From positions 58,664-122,663 of the IMG/VR virus record IMGVR_UViG_3300010398_001198: 64,000 nt of DNA. One strand, given 5' to 3'. Source of the stretch: a virus. The notes under the pieces were generated by a model that was not told where the DNA came from, ran no database searches, and saw only the letters and a program-made list of their open reading frames with translations. Made by a program: the position numbers and the translations under genes. Below, piece after piece: positions 8,956-19,202 of the stretch (position 1 is the first letter of the stretch; every line of letters begins with the position of its first letter).

Positions 8956-9672
8956 ATGAGGACGCTTCTATTGGTGACGCTCCTACTCCTGCCGACCCTC
9001 AGTGGGGCCGCCCGGCTCGTGGCCGTCGATCAACCGGTCAGCGTGCGGCTCGAAGTCGCCCAGCCGACGGCCCTGGTCTTTCCGGAGCCCGTGACCTCGC
9101 TGACCACAGGGCTCACCAAGGAGCGCATCAGCGCGGACTTTGACGGCCCCTACGTCTTTGTCATGGCGAAGGATGCCGAGGTGAGTGGGCGGCTCTTTGT
9201 GGTCGGGGCCAGTGGGAAACTGTATCCCCCCGTCACGTTCAAGGTGACAACGCCCGCCGATGATACCGTGACGCTCACCACCGCCCCGCAGAGCGGGCGG
9301 GGTCCGCTCCCCGCATTTGGGGTGCCCTCCTTGCTCCGGGCGCTGCGGCTTCAGAGCCCTGTGCCCGGCCAGGAGATTGTCGAGGCCCCCGCCCCGACGC
9401 TGCCTGATAGTCGGGTCATCCTGGTACACACCAGCGCCGTGCAGGTGCAGGGAACCATTGGCGCCATCTATCTCGTGCGCAATACCCAGGCCACGGCCCT
9501 GCCGCTCGATCTCCGGATCGGGCGTCTCGAGCCAGCGCTGCCGGACACGCTCGATCTGGGCACGTGGGTCTGGCCGCCCCGGCTGACGATTCGGATGGTC
9601 GCGGCAGACACGGAACTGCTTGCGCCGGGCGCGGCTACGCGCATCTATGTCGTGCTGGAAAGGAGACCGTAA
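8956..9672 (+). CDS. traK: TraK-like outer-membrane core protein (VirB9-like)
   Basis: Signal peptide, PTALVFPEPV, LFVVGASGKLY, GAIYLVRN; synteny. Confidence 0.7.
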   Translation: MRTLLLVTLLLLPTLSGAARLVAVDQPVSVRLEVAQPTALVFPEPVTSLTTGLTKERISADFDGPYVFVMAKDAEVSGRLFVVGASGKLYPPVTFKVTTPADDTVTLTTAPQSGRGPLPAFGVPSLLRALRLQSPVPGQEIVEAPAPTLPDSRVILVHTSAVQVQGTIGAIYLVRNTQATALPLDLRIGRLEPALPDTLDLGTWVWPPRLTIRMVAADTELLAPGAATRIYVVLERRP

Positions 9673-10872
9673 GTGGCGCTCAATTGGCAGGTGGCGCTGC
9701 GCACGCAACTGCGCACCCATGTCCTCCGCACCGTCGTCCTTGGTGGCGTAACGGTGGGCATCCTCTGGTGGGGGCTGTCGCCGCCGTCCCGTGTCACCCC
9801 GCCCGCCGTGGCGAAAGTCCAGCCGCTGCCAAGTGCCGGGGTGCAGCGGGCACCGATGGCGGAGGGCTTCCTGACCCTCCAGAACGATCTGCGCGAGCTC
9901 AAAGGATCGGTGGCGGAGGAGAAACAGACGAACCGGGCCTTGCGCGAGGAACTGCGGACGGCGGCGCAAGACCGGAAGGTCGCGGATGAGGCACACAAGC
10001 AGGAACTGCTGCAACTGACCCGGCAGATGCAGGAAACGGAGCGCAAGATGGCGGCCGCCGCCGCGACCAAGCCGGCGCCAGCACTCCCAGCACCACGGCC
10101 CCAGCCTGCACCTCTTGTCACGCTCGCCAAGCCTGCGGTCGAGGATCTCAAGATCACGATCCTGCGCTCCAAAGAGGGGGCGAGCTTTCCCACGAAGACC
10201 GCCCGTCCCGCGCGGACTGACGCCCCCTATCTGCCCGCCGGCTCGCTTGCGGGTGCCCGGCTGATCACCGGCGCCATGGCCTCGACGCGGGAGGCTGGTG
10301 CCATTCCCGTCTTGCTGGCGCTCACGACGCCGTTTGTGCCGCCGTGGCAACTCCAAGGGCCTGGGGCCAATCCGCTCCCCACCGCCATGCCGATCCAGGG
10401 CTGCTTTGTGCTGGGACGCGCCGTCGGGGACCTGGCCAACTCGCGCACGATCATCAAAGGCGAACTCCTCTCCTGCGTCTTACCGGATGGCACCGCGTTT
10501 GAGGCGCCGCTCAAAGCGTATGTGATTGGGCTCGATCATTCCTATGGCCTGGTCTGTGAGGTGACCAAACATGAAAGCGCCGCGATCCTCAAGGCGTTTC
10601 TGACCGGGCTCCTGCAAGAAGCCTCGGCGGCCTTTGGGGTGGCACGCAGCAAGCTCGTGGTGACCTCCGGCAGTGGCCCGCAGCCCTTTTCAGGCGCCCA
10701 GACCTCGCTGCAAAAGATCAGCGATTTTTACTTGCAACAGGCCCAGTTCCTGTTGCCGACGTGTTGGGTGCAGGCCAATACCCCGGCGCGCCTTGTCGTC
10801 GAAGAAGGCGTGCCCCTGGAAGGCGTACCGACCCAGCATGTGTACTTTGCACGTCGTTTAGGCATGCCGTAG
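9673..10872 (+). CDS. traB: TraB/VirB10-like core protein
   Basis: TM + coiled coil + Pro linker + YLPAGS...GCFVLGRAVGDLANSR...LSCV. Confidence 0.85.
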   Translation: MALNWQVALRTQLRTHVLRTVVLGGVTVGILWWGLSPPSRVTPPAVAKVQPLPSAGVQRAPMAEGFLTLQNDLRELKGSVAEEKQTNRALREELRTAAQDRKVADEAHKQELLQLTRQMQETERKMAAAAATKPAPALPAPRPQPAPLVTLAKPAVEDLKITILRSKEGASFPTKTARPARTDAPYLPAGSLAGARLITGAMASTREAGAIPVLLALTTPFVPPWQLQGPGANPLPTAMPIQGCFVLGRAVGDLANSRTIIKGELLSCVLPDGTAFEAPLKAYVIGLDHSYGLVCEVTKHESAAILKAFLTGLLQEASAAFGVARSKLVVTSGSGPQPFSGAQTSLQKISDFYLQQAQFLLPTCWVQANTPARLVVEEGVPLEGVPTQHVYFARRLGMP

Positions 10873-10881
10873 AAGGAGAGC

Positions 10882-11409
10882 GTGATGCCACCTGATGAGT
10901 ATTGTTGGCAGTACATGAGTGCCCTGCTGGGCGTGCTGGTGCTGCTCCTCATCGCCTGCCTCTTTGGCGCCTGTACTGCGGCGCAGCAAGGTCCGCCGAT
11001 TCCTGACGTTCTGCCCCTCACGGCACCGGAGCCCGTGCCCGCCCCGGCTCTGCCTCTACCTCTGCCTGCCGCTGTCCCTGGCCCGGCTGTTGCGCCGCAG
11101 CAGTTCCGGGCCTGGGTCCCGCCGCAGACGACGGCAGCCGGTGACCGCATCGAGGGCCATTGGGCCGTGATTTCCCTGACCCCGCCTCCCGCAGAGACCT
11201 TGGAGCCTGCCAAGACGATCCCGCGTACGCCGCGCCAGGTCATCCCGGCGAAGGTGAGCACGGCACCGATTGCCCGGCCACAACCGGCGGATATGCCCAC
11301 CCCCGTCCTGCCGGGACAGGCGCCACTGTTTGGCACGCCGCCGATGCTGGCCGTGCCCAGTGCTCCCACGCTGGCACCGCCCGTCCTGCTGCCTGGAGGG
11401 ACGCCGTAA
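10882..11409 (+). CDS. traV: TraV-like lipoprotein
   Basis: Lipobox (LFGAC), FRAWVPPQTTAAGDRIEGHW motif. Confidence 0.75.
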   Translation: MMPPDEYCWQYMSALLGVLVLLLIACLFGACTAAQQGPPIPDVLPLTAPEPVPAPALPLPLPAAVPGPAVAPQQFRAWVPPQTTAAGDRIEGHWAVISLTPPPAETLEPAKTIPRTPRQVIPAKVSTAPIARPQPADMPTPVLPGQAPLFGTPPMLAVPSAPTLAPPVLLPGGTP

Positions 11410-13967
11410 TGGCACCGCCGTCGTTTGCCACCCTGTTGCCCCACTCGGTCCTTCTGGATCACGAGCAAGGGATTGTCCTGCTCATGACCTCGCCCAGTCG
11501 CTGGCAGGCCCCGCGGCTGGCCCTGGGGTGTGCGTGGGCCGTCGAGCCGCGCAATATCGAAGTGCTCGATGAGAGCGTCTGCACAGACATTGCGCGCATG
11601 CACGAAAGTCTCCTCAAGAGCTTGCCGCAGGGAGCTGCCCTGCAAACGATCATGACCATTCTGCCTGCCACGGAGGCGCCGGCCTGGACGGCCTTGCGGC
11701 CAACGACGACCGATGCTCCCGCGCAGGCTTTGCTGCTCCAGGAGCAACAGATGGCCCTGGCGGACGGGTTGCCGCACCGCGACGGCACCACATTGGGGCG
11801 GTTGCGCACGGTGCAGACCCTGGTGACCGTGCGTGTCCCCCTGCAGGGACTCCTACCCACGGTGACGCGCCTGGTGCGGAGTGTGCTCGCCTTGCCGCAG
11901 CACCATCGGCGTTCCTTAGGGCAGCGCCTGGCTGCGGAGTTGGAGGAGACGTTGGCGCATCTCGGGTCCTTGCGGCACGGCATTACGGAAACGTTGCGCA
12001 GCGTCGGGCATCGCGTCGAGGCGCTCGACGGGACAGCGCTGGGGCAGGCCCTGGCGCGTGCACTCGATCCCTCTGCATCCGGTGTGCCGGCGATTGACGC
12101 GACCAGTCCCCTCGGGGAGCAGGTCCTGCAACGGCCCCTCACCCAAGTCCCCGGTGGCTTTGGCTATGTCGATGCCACTGGCACGCTGACCGAGGTGGCG
12201 CAGATGCTCTCCCTGCATCATGCCCCGCCGCAGACCTATCCGGGCATCCTGTGTGCGCCCCGGGCGCCCGCCAGTACGAAACCGTTGGCCCTCTGGCAGG
12301 CCTGGGCGGGGCCGCTGACGCTGGTGGTCAATGTGGCCGCCGTCGATAGCCAGGCCGAGAAAAGCCGCTTGCAATGGAAGGCCCGCCTGGCAAGCTGGCA
12401 CGGCAAAGAGCAGGAGAGCGACAGCAGCGATGCGGAGAACGTGACCCTGAAAAAAGAACTCCAGACGCTCTTGCAGACGCTCTTTGTGACCGGTGGGCAG
12501 ATCTATTGGGGCCGCGTGCATGTGGTGCTCTGGGGCGAGCCACGCGCCGTCAAGCGTGGCCTCGACGAGGTCCAACGGTTGGGGCGGAGCCTGGACCTGG
12601 AATTTGCCCCGGAGCCTGGCGCCCTGGGGTCCACCCTCTGGTTGCAGACGCTGCCCCTCGGCTTTGACCCGGCCTATCCCGCAGAGAAGATCCTGCAACG
12701 TGCCCGGCGTATTCCGGGGGACATTCTCTCGGACCTGCTGACCCTCTACGGCGGCTGTCGCGGCACGGCCACGCCCGGGCTGCTCTATCTCAATCAGCGC
12801 GGCGAGACCGCCACCTGGCACCCCTTTGACTCGGCGACGAACCCGCACCTCATTATTACCGGGACGTCCGGCGCGGGCAAAACCTTTACCGTGGCGCACC
12901 TGGTCAATCAGTTAATGCCCCTCGGGGCGACGATGGTCCTTGTGGATCCGCTCACCAATTACCGGCAGCTCTGTGAGCTCTGGCAGGGGGACTATGTGGC
13001 CTTGGGCTTTGAGCGCCCGCCCTGCATCAATCCCTTTGCGGGGCCGCTCGACAGCCAGCATGTCTCCTTTCTCACGGCCATCCTGGCGCAGATGGCCGGG
13101 GGCGGCGGCGATCGGCTGACCTGGGAAGAGTTTAATGTGCTGGGGAACGCCGTGGGCTATTTTGCGCAGCACTGGGACACGCAGCGCGGCGAGCCCACGC
13201 TGGGCGTGTTTCATCAGGAAGTGTTGCAGGAGGGGATCTTTGAAGAGAAAGATCGGCGCTCGCGCATGCTGGGGCGCCAACTGGCCCGCAAGCTCGGGCT
13301 CTTTGTCGGCAACGGCCCCTATGTCCCCTTTCTCAATGGTCCCAACACGTTTCGCGTTCGCCCAGGCTTGACGCTCCTGGAGTTGAATCAATTGGAGAAA
13401 GCGAAGGACCTGCAAGCCATTCTGTTCTTTGCGCAGGTGCACTTTTACACGACCTTTTTCCGCGACCCGCAGCACTTCTATACCCCCAAATACATCCTGT
13501 TTGACGAGGTGTGGGCGTTTGACAAGTTTCCGCAAACGGCGGATGAGGTCGATAAGATCGTCCGCACCTACCGCAACTTTCATACCTGTGCCGGCTTTCT
13601 CTCGCAGGATGTCAAAACATGGGATACCCCGATGGGGCAGGTGATTCGGTCGATTGCCGGGCTGCGGCTCTTTCTCCAGCAAGCCGGGGGCGAGCTCCCG
13701 AAACTCAAGGACCTCTTTGACTTGACCGACGCCGAGATGCAGGTCTTTCGGCAGGTGAAACGGCATGCTGACTGGTCGAGTGGCTACCTCCAGGTGGACG
13801 GCGGCCACGGCGGCGTCCTCCGCCTGATTCCGGATCTGTATACCAAACTCCTCATGGCGCAAGACAGTGCGCTGGCCCAGCGGCGCCGGGCACTCCTCGC
13901 GGAGACCGGTGGCGATCTGGCCCGCACGATGCGCACCTTGCTCCAGGAGGCGCGGGCGCATGCGTGA
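11409..13967 (+). CDS. traC: TraC/VirB4 ATPase
   Basis: HLIITGTSGAGKT Walker A, ILFDEVW Walker B, R.YRNF...FLSQ; 852 aa. Confidence 0.92.
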   Translation: MAPPSFATLLPHSVLLDHEQGIVLLMTSPSRWQAPRLALGCAWAVEPRNIEVLDESVCTDIARMHESLLKSLPQGAALQTIMTILPATEAPAWTALRPTTTDAPAQALLLQEQQMALADGLPHRDGTTLGRLRTVQTLVTVRVPLQGLLPTVTRLVRSVLALPQHHRRSLGQRLAAELEETLAHLGSLRHGITETLRSVGHRVEALDGTALGQALARALDPSASGVPAIDATSPLGEQVLQRPLTQVPGGFGYVDATGTLTEVAQMLSLHHAPPQTYPGILCAPRAPASTKPLALWQAWAGPLTLVVNVAAVDSQAEKSRLQWKARLASWHGKEQESDSSDAENVTLKKELQTLLQTLFVTGGQIYWGRVHVVLWGEPRAVKRGLDEVQRLGRSLDLEFAPEPGALGSTLWLQTLPLGFDPAYPAEKILQRARRIPGDILSDLLTLYGGCRGTATPGLLYLNQRGETATWHPFDSATNPHLIITGTSGAGKTFTVAHLVNQLMPLGATMVLVDPLTNYRQLCELWQGDYVALGFERPPCINPFAGPLDSQHVSFLTAILAQMAGGGGDRLTWEEFNVLGNAVGYFAQHWDTQRGEPTLGVFHQEVLQEGIFEEKDRRSRMLGRQLARKLGLFVGNGPYVPFLNGPNTFRVRPGLTLLELNQLEKAKDLQAILFFAQVHFYTTFFRDPQHFYTPKYILFDEVWAFDKFPQTADEVDKIVRTYRNFHTCAGFLSQDVKTWDTPMGQVIRSIAGLRLFLQQAGGELPKLKDLFDLTDAEMQVFRQVKRHADWSSGYLQVDGGHGGVLRLIPDLYTKLLMAQDSALAQRRRALLAETGGDLARTMRTLLQEARAHA

Positions 13968-14430
13968 TCCCAAGCCCGTGCTCCTCCTGCTGTGCCTGCA
14001 AGGGTTGGGCCTCATGCTCCTCGCCGGCTGGTGGGCAATGCAGCCGGCAGACGAGCGGGTCGGGCGCCTCGTCACCCTGGCGGTGCAGGAACAGGCACCG
14101 CTGCCGCCGCCACGGGATCTCCTGGGGCAAGCCCAGTGGCTGCGCCTGCATCGGCAGCAAACGGGGCAGGGCCTGCTCGGGCTCCTCGCCGTGGGCTTCG
14201 TCATCGGGATCGGGGAAGGGCTGGCGACCCGCGCAACGGACCGCCTGGCGGGCTTTCGGCTTCAGCGCTGGACGTGTGGCGTGGTGGGCGTGGCGCTGGT
14301 GCCGGGACTGGTGGCGGCCTATCTCGTCCTGCCCTGGCCCCTGCCACTGCGGCTGGTGGGCGGCGCGGGCTGTGGTCTGCTGGCCGTCATGGGCTGGTGT
14401 CTGTGTGCAGGGAAACCGTATATTGCCTAA
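13960..14430 (+). CDS. Conjugation-associated membrane protein (DUF4400-like)
   Basis: Multi-TM 156 aa coupled to traC. Confidence 0.5.
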   Translation: MRDPKPVLLLLCLQGLGLMLLAGWWAMQPADERVGRLVTLAVQEQAPLPPPRDLLGQAQWLRLHRQQTGQGLLGLLAVGFVIGIGEGLATRATDRLAGFRLQRWTCGVVGVALVPGLVAAYLVLPWPLPLRLVGGAGCGLLAVMGWCLCAGKPYIA

Positions 14431-14434
14431 ATGA

Positions 14435-14463
14435 TTGAATTTACTATGAATTATGGGTATAAT
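14435..14463 (+). promoter_or_regulatory. Internal sigma70 promoter for the HNH gene
   Basis: TTGAAT-17 bp-TATAAT. Confidence 0.75.
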
Positions 14464-14544
14464 AAGGCAAGAAATGCAACGCCTTGCGACGATGTGTGGT
14501 GCATCGCCACAAGGCTCCACCCTTATATCTGGTTAGGAGATATC

Positions 14545-15726
14545 ATGGGTAGTATCCAAATCATTGCCTCTCGTTGTGCCCTCTGTCAAGACGATCCACG
14601 CTCCTTTCGTTCATATGCTTCTGTCATTGATATCAGTGGACAGACCTTTCATCGGCTGACGGTCGAGCATTTTGTCGGTATCGGACGTGCGCGACTAGCC
14701 TTCTGGTGTTGCCGGTGCGCCTGTGGTCAGGGGGCTATTGTGAGCGGCAACGCGCTGCGCCATGATTCCACGAAATCCTGTGGTTGCCTTGTCCATGAGA
14801 CGGTCAATGCCGGGCAGTTTCAGCCGACGCATGGGATGACCAACACACCACTCTTTCGGACGTGGTGCAACATGCTGACCCGCTGTCTGAATGCCCATTC
14901 TCCTGATTATGAGCGCTACGGCGCTCGCGGTATCACCGTGTGCCCTCAGTGGCAGGCCTCGTTTGAAACGTTTCTGGCAGATGTCGGAGAGCGTCCAGCA
15001 GGGATGACCCTGGATCGTATTGACGTCAATCGTCCCTATGAGCCGGGCAATGTGCTCTGGAGTTCTCCACGGGAGCAAAGCAATAACAAACGGAACAATC
15101 ATTTCTTGACCTTTCAAGGACGATGCCTTTCGTTGGCGCAATGGGCGATAGAGCGTGACATTCCCTATGCAGCCTTATGTAGTCGCGTGAGGGCGGGCTG
15201 GGCTGTCGAGAAAATCTTGACGACACCTGTTCGGATACGCCAACGCTCGCTTCCCTCTGCCGAGTCAGCACAACCAAGAAAGGGCTGGGGCAAATACAGC
15301 CATGGCATGAGTAAGACGCGCCTGCATCGGATTTGGCGGGGGATTCTCAATCGGTGTCTCAATACGCGCACGCCAGCCTTTCCCGACTATGGCGGGAGAG
15401 GCATCATGATCTGTGAGCGGTGGCGGCAATCCTTTCTGGCTTTTTATGAGGACGTGGGCGATGCGCCAGATGGCATGAGCTTGGAGCGTCTTGATAACGC
15501 TGGCCATTATGAGCCTGGCAATGTGCGGTGGGCTTCCCCGTTAGAACAAGCCAACAACAAACGGAACACGCGCCTGCTTCGCTATGCGGGAAAAGCACAA
15601 TCTGTCGCTGCGTGGGCGCGTGAACAAGGATTACCACTGGCGACTGTTTGGGGCCGCTTGCGATTGGGGTGGTCTGTCGCGGATACCTTATCAATCCCTG
15701 CCAAACGACAGCAAGGAGTGCTCTGA
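14545..15726 (+). CDS. Free-standing homing-type HNH endonuclease with tandemly duplicated nuclease domain
   Basis: Two copies of HGM...W..M..RC.N...Y..YG.RGI.VC..W..SF..F..D.G..P...(T/S)L(D/E)R.D....YEPGN..W....EQ.NNKRN; N-terminal KSCGC; RBS AGGAGA; lower GC. Confidence 0.88.
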   Translation: MGSIQIIASRCALCQDDPRSFRSYASVIDISGQTFHRLTVEHFVGIGRARLAFWCCRCACGQGAIVSGNALRHDSTKSCGCLVHETVNAGQFQPTHGMTNTPLFRTWCNMLTRCLNAHSPDYERYGARGITVCPQWQASFETFLADVGERPAGMTLDRIDVNRPYEPGNVLWSSPREQSNNKRNNHFLTFQGRCLSLAQWAIERDIPYAALCSRVRAGWAVEKILTTPVRIRQRSLPSAESAQPRKGWGKYSHGMSKTRLHRIWRGILNRCLNTRTPAFPDYGGRGIMICERWRQSFLAFYEDVGDAPDGMSLERLDNAGHYEPGNVRWASPLEQANNKRNTRLLRYAGKAQSVAAWAREQGLPLATVWGRLRLGWSVADTLSIPAKRQQGVL

Positions 15727-16997
15727 TGATTACAGCTCTTGTGCGACGTCTCCTTTTCCCGAGCATATTTTGTATGCTCCTCCCGTCTCTGGTCTCTGCT
15801 GATCTATGGGATGATGCTCGAAAGGCGACAAGAGCAGATATCGCTTTTCAAGATGCCGCAGGAAATACCATCCGAGGGACCGTGAATTTCCAGAGCGGTC
15901 AAAGCCAAGCCAATGTCACATTATTTCGGGGCAATGCGCAAGTGGGTGGTCCCTGTGGCAGCTTCAATCTCGGCGCTTCCCTGAAAGACGCGTTTGAGAC
16001 CATCCCCGATCTTCTCCAAACAGCAGGCGAGGCAGTCTTACAGGAATTGCCACTATTAGTATTATGTTATTCTGCACCTAGCGTCTGTGATATTTTCAAG
16101 CATTACTCCTCGCTCATCTCGGCGCTGGTGCAGGCGCGCTATGCCTCCTGCCAGCAGATCCAGACGGCGATGAGTTACGGTGGCATGCGGTTGCGGGGGG
16201 GCGCGGTCAGTCAGTGCTTGGAGGAACAGGCGAACACGGGCGCGACCCTCAACCAGGCGATGGCGACCTGCAACGGGCGCGTCGATGCGCTGCGCCGGCC
16301 TGATGGGACCACTGGCATTGAAGCGAATCTCATCAAAGACACCCTGGCTGCAGCCGGCGCCAGTACGGAATCCCAGACCCTGGCCCATAGCCTCCTGGGG
16401 GAAGTGACGTTGCGCGCCGGCGGCAACCAGCTCACGGCGCAGTCCGAACGGCCTCAGGCCGCGCTCCTGGCCCAGTATGCGGAACGGCGGGTGGCGGCCG
16501 AGCAGCGCTTGCGGGATGCGGTGCAAGAGTACCGCGACACCGGCACGCTCTCGCCGGCCACGCAGCAGGGGCTCTCCGTGCCTGGCCAACCGCTGCCACG
16601 CGTCGTCCTGGATGCCCTGGTGACGCTGGACAGTGATCCGGTGCGTCGGGATGTGTACGTGGGCAAGCTGGCGACTGGGGTCGCCCTGACGCAACTCGTC
16701 TGGGACTGCCACCAGCTCAGTGATGAACTCCAGGCGGCGATTCAGGCCAACAACCATCTCACGGATGAGGCGCGGCGACTGCTCGAAGCCAAGCATACCG
16801 CGCTGCGGCAGAACCTGGCGGAAGTTTTGCAGAAGGTCGAAGTGATGGAAAAACAATATCAGCCGGCGATTGACACCCTCCTGCGGGAGTACACCGCCGT
16901 GCAGCAACAGGCCACCAGTGTGGGGTTGCGGGCACCCGCCGTGACGGTGCCGAGTATGCCCTACCGGACCCAGACACCCATGGGCTACGGACGCTAG
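15726..16997 (+). CDS. TraH / PFL_4711-like mating-pore protein
   Basis: Signal peptide, GPCGSFNL, LVLCYSAPSVCD...ARYASCQQ, C-terminal coiled coil. Confidence 0.65.
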   Translation: MITALVRRLLFPSIFCMLLPSLVSADLWDDARKATRADIAFQDAAGNTIRGTVNFQSGQSQANVTLFRGNAQVGGPCGSFNLGASLKDAFETIPDLLQTAGEAVLQELPLLVLCYSAPSVCDIFKHYSSLISALVQARYASCQQIQTAMSYGGMRLRGGAVSQCLEEQANTGATLNQAMATCNGRVDALRRPDGTTGIEANLIKDTLAAAGASTESQTLAHSLLGEVTLRAGGNQLTAQSERPQAALLAQYAERRVAAEQRLRDAVQEYRDTGTLSPATQQGLSVPGQPLPRVVLDALVTLDSDPVRRDVYVGKLATGVALTQLVWDCHQLSDELQAAIQANNHLTDEARRLLEAKHTALRQNLAEVLQKVEVMEKQYQPAIDTLLREYTAVQQQATSVGLRAPAVTVPSMPYRTQTPMGYGR

Positions 16998-17005
16998 GAG
17001 GGGTT

Positions 17006-18484
17006 ATCGACTTCCTCTTTCTCTCATTACCCGAAGCCCTCTACGGCTACATGGGATTATCAATCCAGGCCCTCATCCGGGGCTCCGCCTTGCGCCAGCT
17101 GCCCCGCGTGATTGTGCTGGGCTGGTCTCTGGCCCTCCTCGCACGCGTCATGTTTCGTGGGGGCAGTCTGCGCCCGCTGGTGACCTACTTTGTCAGCAGC
17201 CTCCTCATCGGGATCCTCTTCTGGCCCGAAGCGGTCATCTTTGGCCGGCGCACCGCCTTTGTCACGGATGCGACCCGCGTGACCTCCTATGTGGCCAGTC
17301 AGGACCCCGGCGCCGAGGTGGTGACCGCGGCGGATACGCAGCAGGTGCCGCCCTTCCTGCAACCGCCGAGTCTGATTGCGCCGGGCTTTGGCATCCTCCT
17401 GCGCGCCTGGACGAACTTCTCGCTGGCCATCGCCCGTGCCATCAACAGCGAGACGCATCAACCCTTCCACAGTCTCCTGCCCATGCAGTGGCTGCTCGGG
17501 GTGTCGCTCACGACGGACATCACCAACGGCATTGCCGACTGGGTGCACAACTGCTACCTGCCGGTGCAGACGATGACGTTGGAAGCGCAGCAGGGGCGGA
17601 CGGTGGATGACCTGCTCCCCTGGGGCGACACGCCCTTACGCCAGGGCTTAGCGACCCGCAGTGTCATTCCCGGCGCGCAGACGGGCATCACCTTCATGCA
17701 GAGCACGGCGGCCAGTCGTGAGGTGGCCTGTGATGTCTACCTCGACGCGCTCGAAAGTGACACACAAGCGTGGCTGTTCCAACTGCGGACGCCGCGCAAT
17801 ACGCCGCTGCTCCAGGTCTTTCAAGAGGACCTCGGCATGGAGCCCCAGACACAGGCGCGCTTTATCCTGTACCGGGAAATGCTGCGGGCCTCGCAGGGAG
17901 GTGGCGTGCCGGCGCCGAGCCTGACCGGGACGTATGCCGCGCTGCGCGGCCTCGCGGTGGGCGGGCAAGCCGTGAGCGGGGCTGCGACGGGCTGGCTCTC
18001 CGGCATTGGGGCGCTGATTGGCACAGCCACAGGCACGGTGCGCGGGCTTGGCACCGAGTTCCAGGCGGTCATGAGTGGGCTGTCCTGGCTTATCCGGGCG
18101 GCGATTCTCCTGGTGTGGTTTGCGCCCTATGTGGTGGGGATCGTCACCATGGTGCACATCGCGCTCTTCCCCATCGTGCTCCTCTGGGTCTTCCTCAGCC
18201 CCGGCTCGCAACTCGTCATCCTGGCGCAGTACTTTGTCGCGCTGCTCTTTACCTCGTCGATTCCCCTCTGGTGGGCACTCGTGGACCAGGTGACGAAACT
18301 GGCGGCCAGCGCGGTGCCCAGTGCGGGCAGTGGGTATGATGCCGCCATCCTGGGCTTCCTGACCTCTGGGCTGTGGGTAGCGACCCTGACGGCTGTGGGT
18401 ATTCTGCTCATCCCGGTCATCACGTGGAGCATCTATTTTAAGACGTTTCGCTATATCAATGGACTGGCGCGTGTCGGCGCCTAG
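17006..18484 (+). CDS. traG: TraG N-terminal-domain (VirB6-like) membrane protein
   Basis: Multi-TM, DWVHNCYLP, periplasmic Cys pair; first ATG at 17051 but frame open from an ATC at 17006 behind GGAGG. Confidence 0.7.
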   Translation: MDFLFLSLPEALYGYMGLSIQALIRGSALRQLPRVIVLGWSLALLARVMFRGGSLRPLVTYFVSSLLIGILFWPEAVIFGRRTAFVTDATRVTSYVASQDPGAEVVTAADTQQVPPFLQPPSLIAPGFGILLRAWTNFSLAIARAINSETHQPFHSLLPMQWLLGVSLTTDITNGIADWVHNCYLPVQTMTLEAQQGRTVDDLLPWGDTPLRQGLATRSVIPGAQTGITFMQSTAASREVACDVYLDALESDTQAWLFQLRTPRNTPLLQVFQEDLGMEPQTQARFILYREMLRASQGGGVPAPSLTGTYAALRGLAVGGQAVSGAATGWLSGIGALIGTATGTVRGLGTEFQAVMSGLSWLIRAAILLVWFAPYVVGIVTMVHIALFPIVLLWVFLSPGSQLVILAQYFVALLFTSSIPLWWALVDQVTKLAASAVPSAGSGYDAAILGFLTSGLWVATLTAVGILLIPVITWSIYFKTFRYINGLARVGA

Positions 18485-18491
18485 GACAGGG

Positions 18492-18595
18492 AGTTTTAAG
18501 TTGGAAGTTTTAAGTTTTAAGGGGGAAAGGTTCAGAAGATGGTACGCGACTACATCAGTCTCCGACCGTAACCCTTCAAACTTCACCCTTAACCC
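18492..18595. repeat. Heptamer-armed inverted element, copy E3 (inside tra operon)
   Basis: AGTTTTAAG arms; 30-nt core matches E2 at 25/30 positions. Confidence 0.8.
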
Positions 18596-18616
18596 TCTTC
18601 TCCGAAGGAGAAGCCC

Positions 18617-18979
18617 ATGTCTGCTCCACTGCTCGTGATCAGTCGGCCCATCTACTACCCCCGCCATACCCTGGAGCCCTTGCCGGGGACACCCTGGCTG
18701 CGGCCGGCCTCGCTCCTGCGTCGGGCGCTCCCCCTGCTGCTCAGTGCGGTGGCGCTCCTTGGGGTGACGGCGGCGGCGAAACAGGCCCCGGCGCTGCTGG
18801 CCGTTACGGTCATTGTCGGCATCGTGGGCGTGGTGATCATTGGTGGAGGCCTGGCGACGATCAACCAGGTGCAGGTGTGTCCACACTGTCTGGGCGGCAT
18901 GGGCCTCGGGGCCAGCCGCTGTGGGCAGTGTGGGTTCCGCGCGTCAGCGAACCCCACACGAAGGAAGGTTGATGAGTAA
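18617..18979 (+). CDS. Membrane protein with C-terminal zinc ribbon
   Basis: Two TM helices, CPHC..CGQCG. Confidence 0.65.
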   Translation: MSAPLLVISRPIYYPRHTLEPLPGTPWLRPASLLRRALPLLLSAVALLGVTAAAKQAPALLAVTVIVGIVGVVIIGGGLATINQVQVCPHCLGGMGLGASRCGQCGFRASANPTRRKVDE

Positions 18980-19202
18980 ACGGCTCTCGATCCATGAGGA
19001 TGTCTACGACCGTCTGACGCAGCTCGCAGCCCGCTATAACTGTTCGGTCACGCGACTGCTCGTCGAACTGGCGGACCTCGGGGAACTCCTGAGCGAGGCC
19101 AGTCGCCTGGAATTTCACCTGCCCGAGCAGACCGGGGGCACCATGCGGGTCTGGCTCCCCGGCACCGGACTCCTCTGGCCGCATCTCGAGCCCCTGCCAT
19201 GA
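18972..19202 (+). CDS. Ribbon-helix-helix DNA-binding protein
   Basis: MSKRLSIHEDVYDRLTQLAARYNCSVTRLL. Confidence 0.6.
   Translation: MSKRLSIHEDVYDRLTQLAARYNCSVTRLLVELADLGELLSEASRLEFHLPEQTGGTMRVWLPGTGLLWPHLEPLP

Noticed and set aside
8983-10356. Long antisense ORFs opposite tra genes (also 10728..11777, 12912..14204, 17648..18886, 19115..20227)
   Set aside because: Shadow frames of high-GC genes with no motifs; the opposite strand encodes recognisable Tra proteins.
14431-15726. HNH as part of a group I intron
   Set aside because: No host gene is split; the flanking genes are intact and the HNH has its own promoter.
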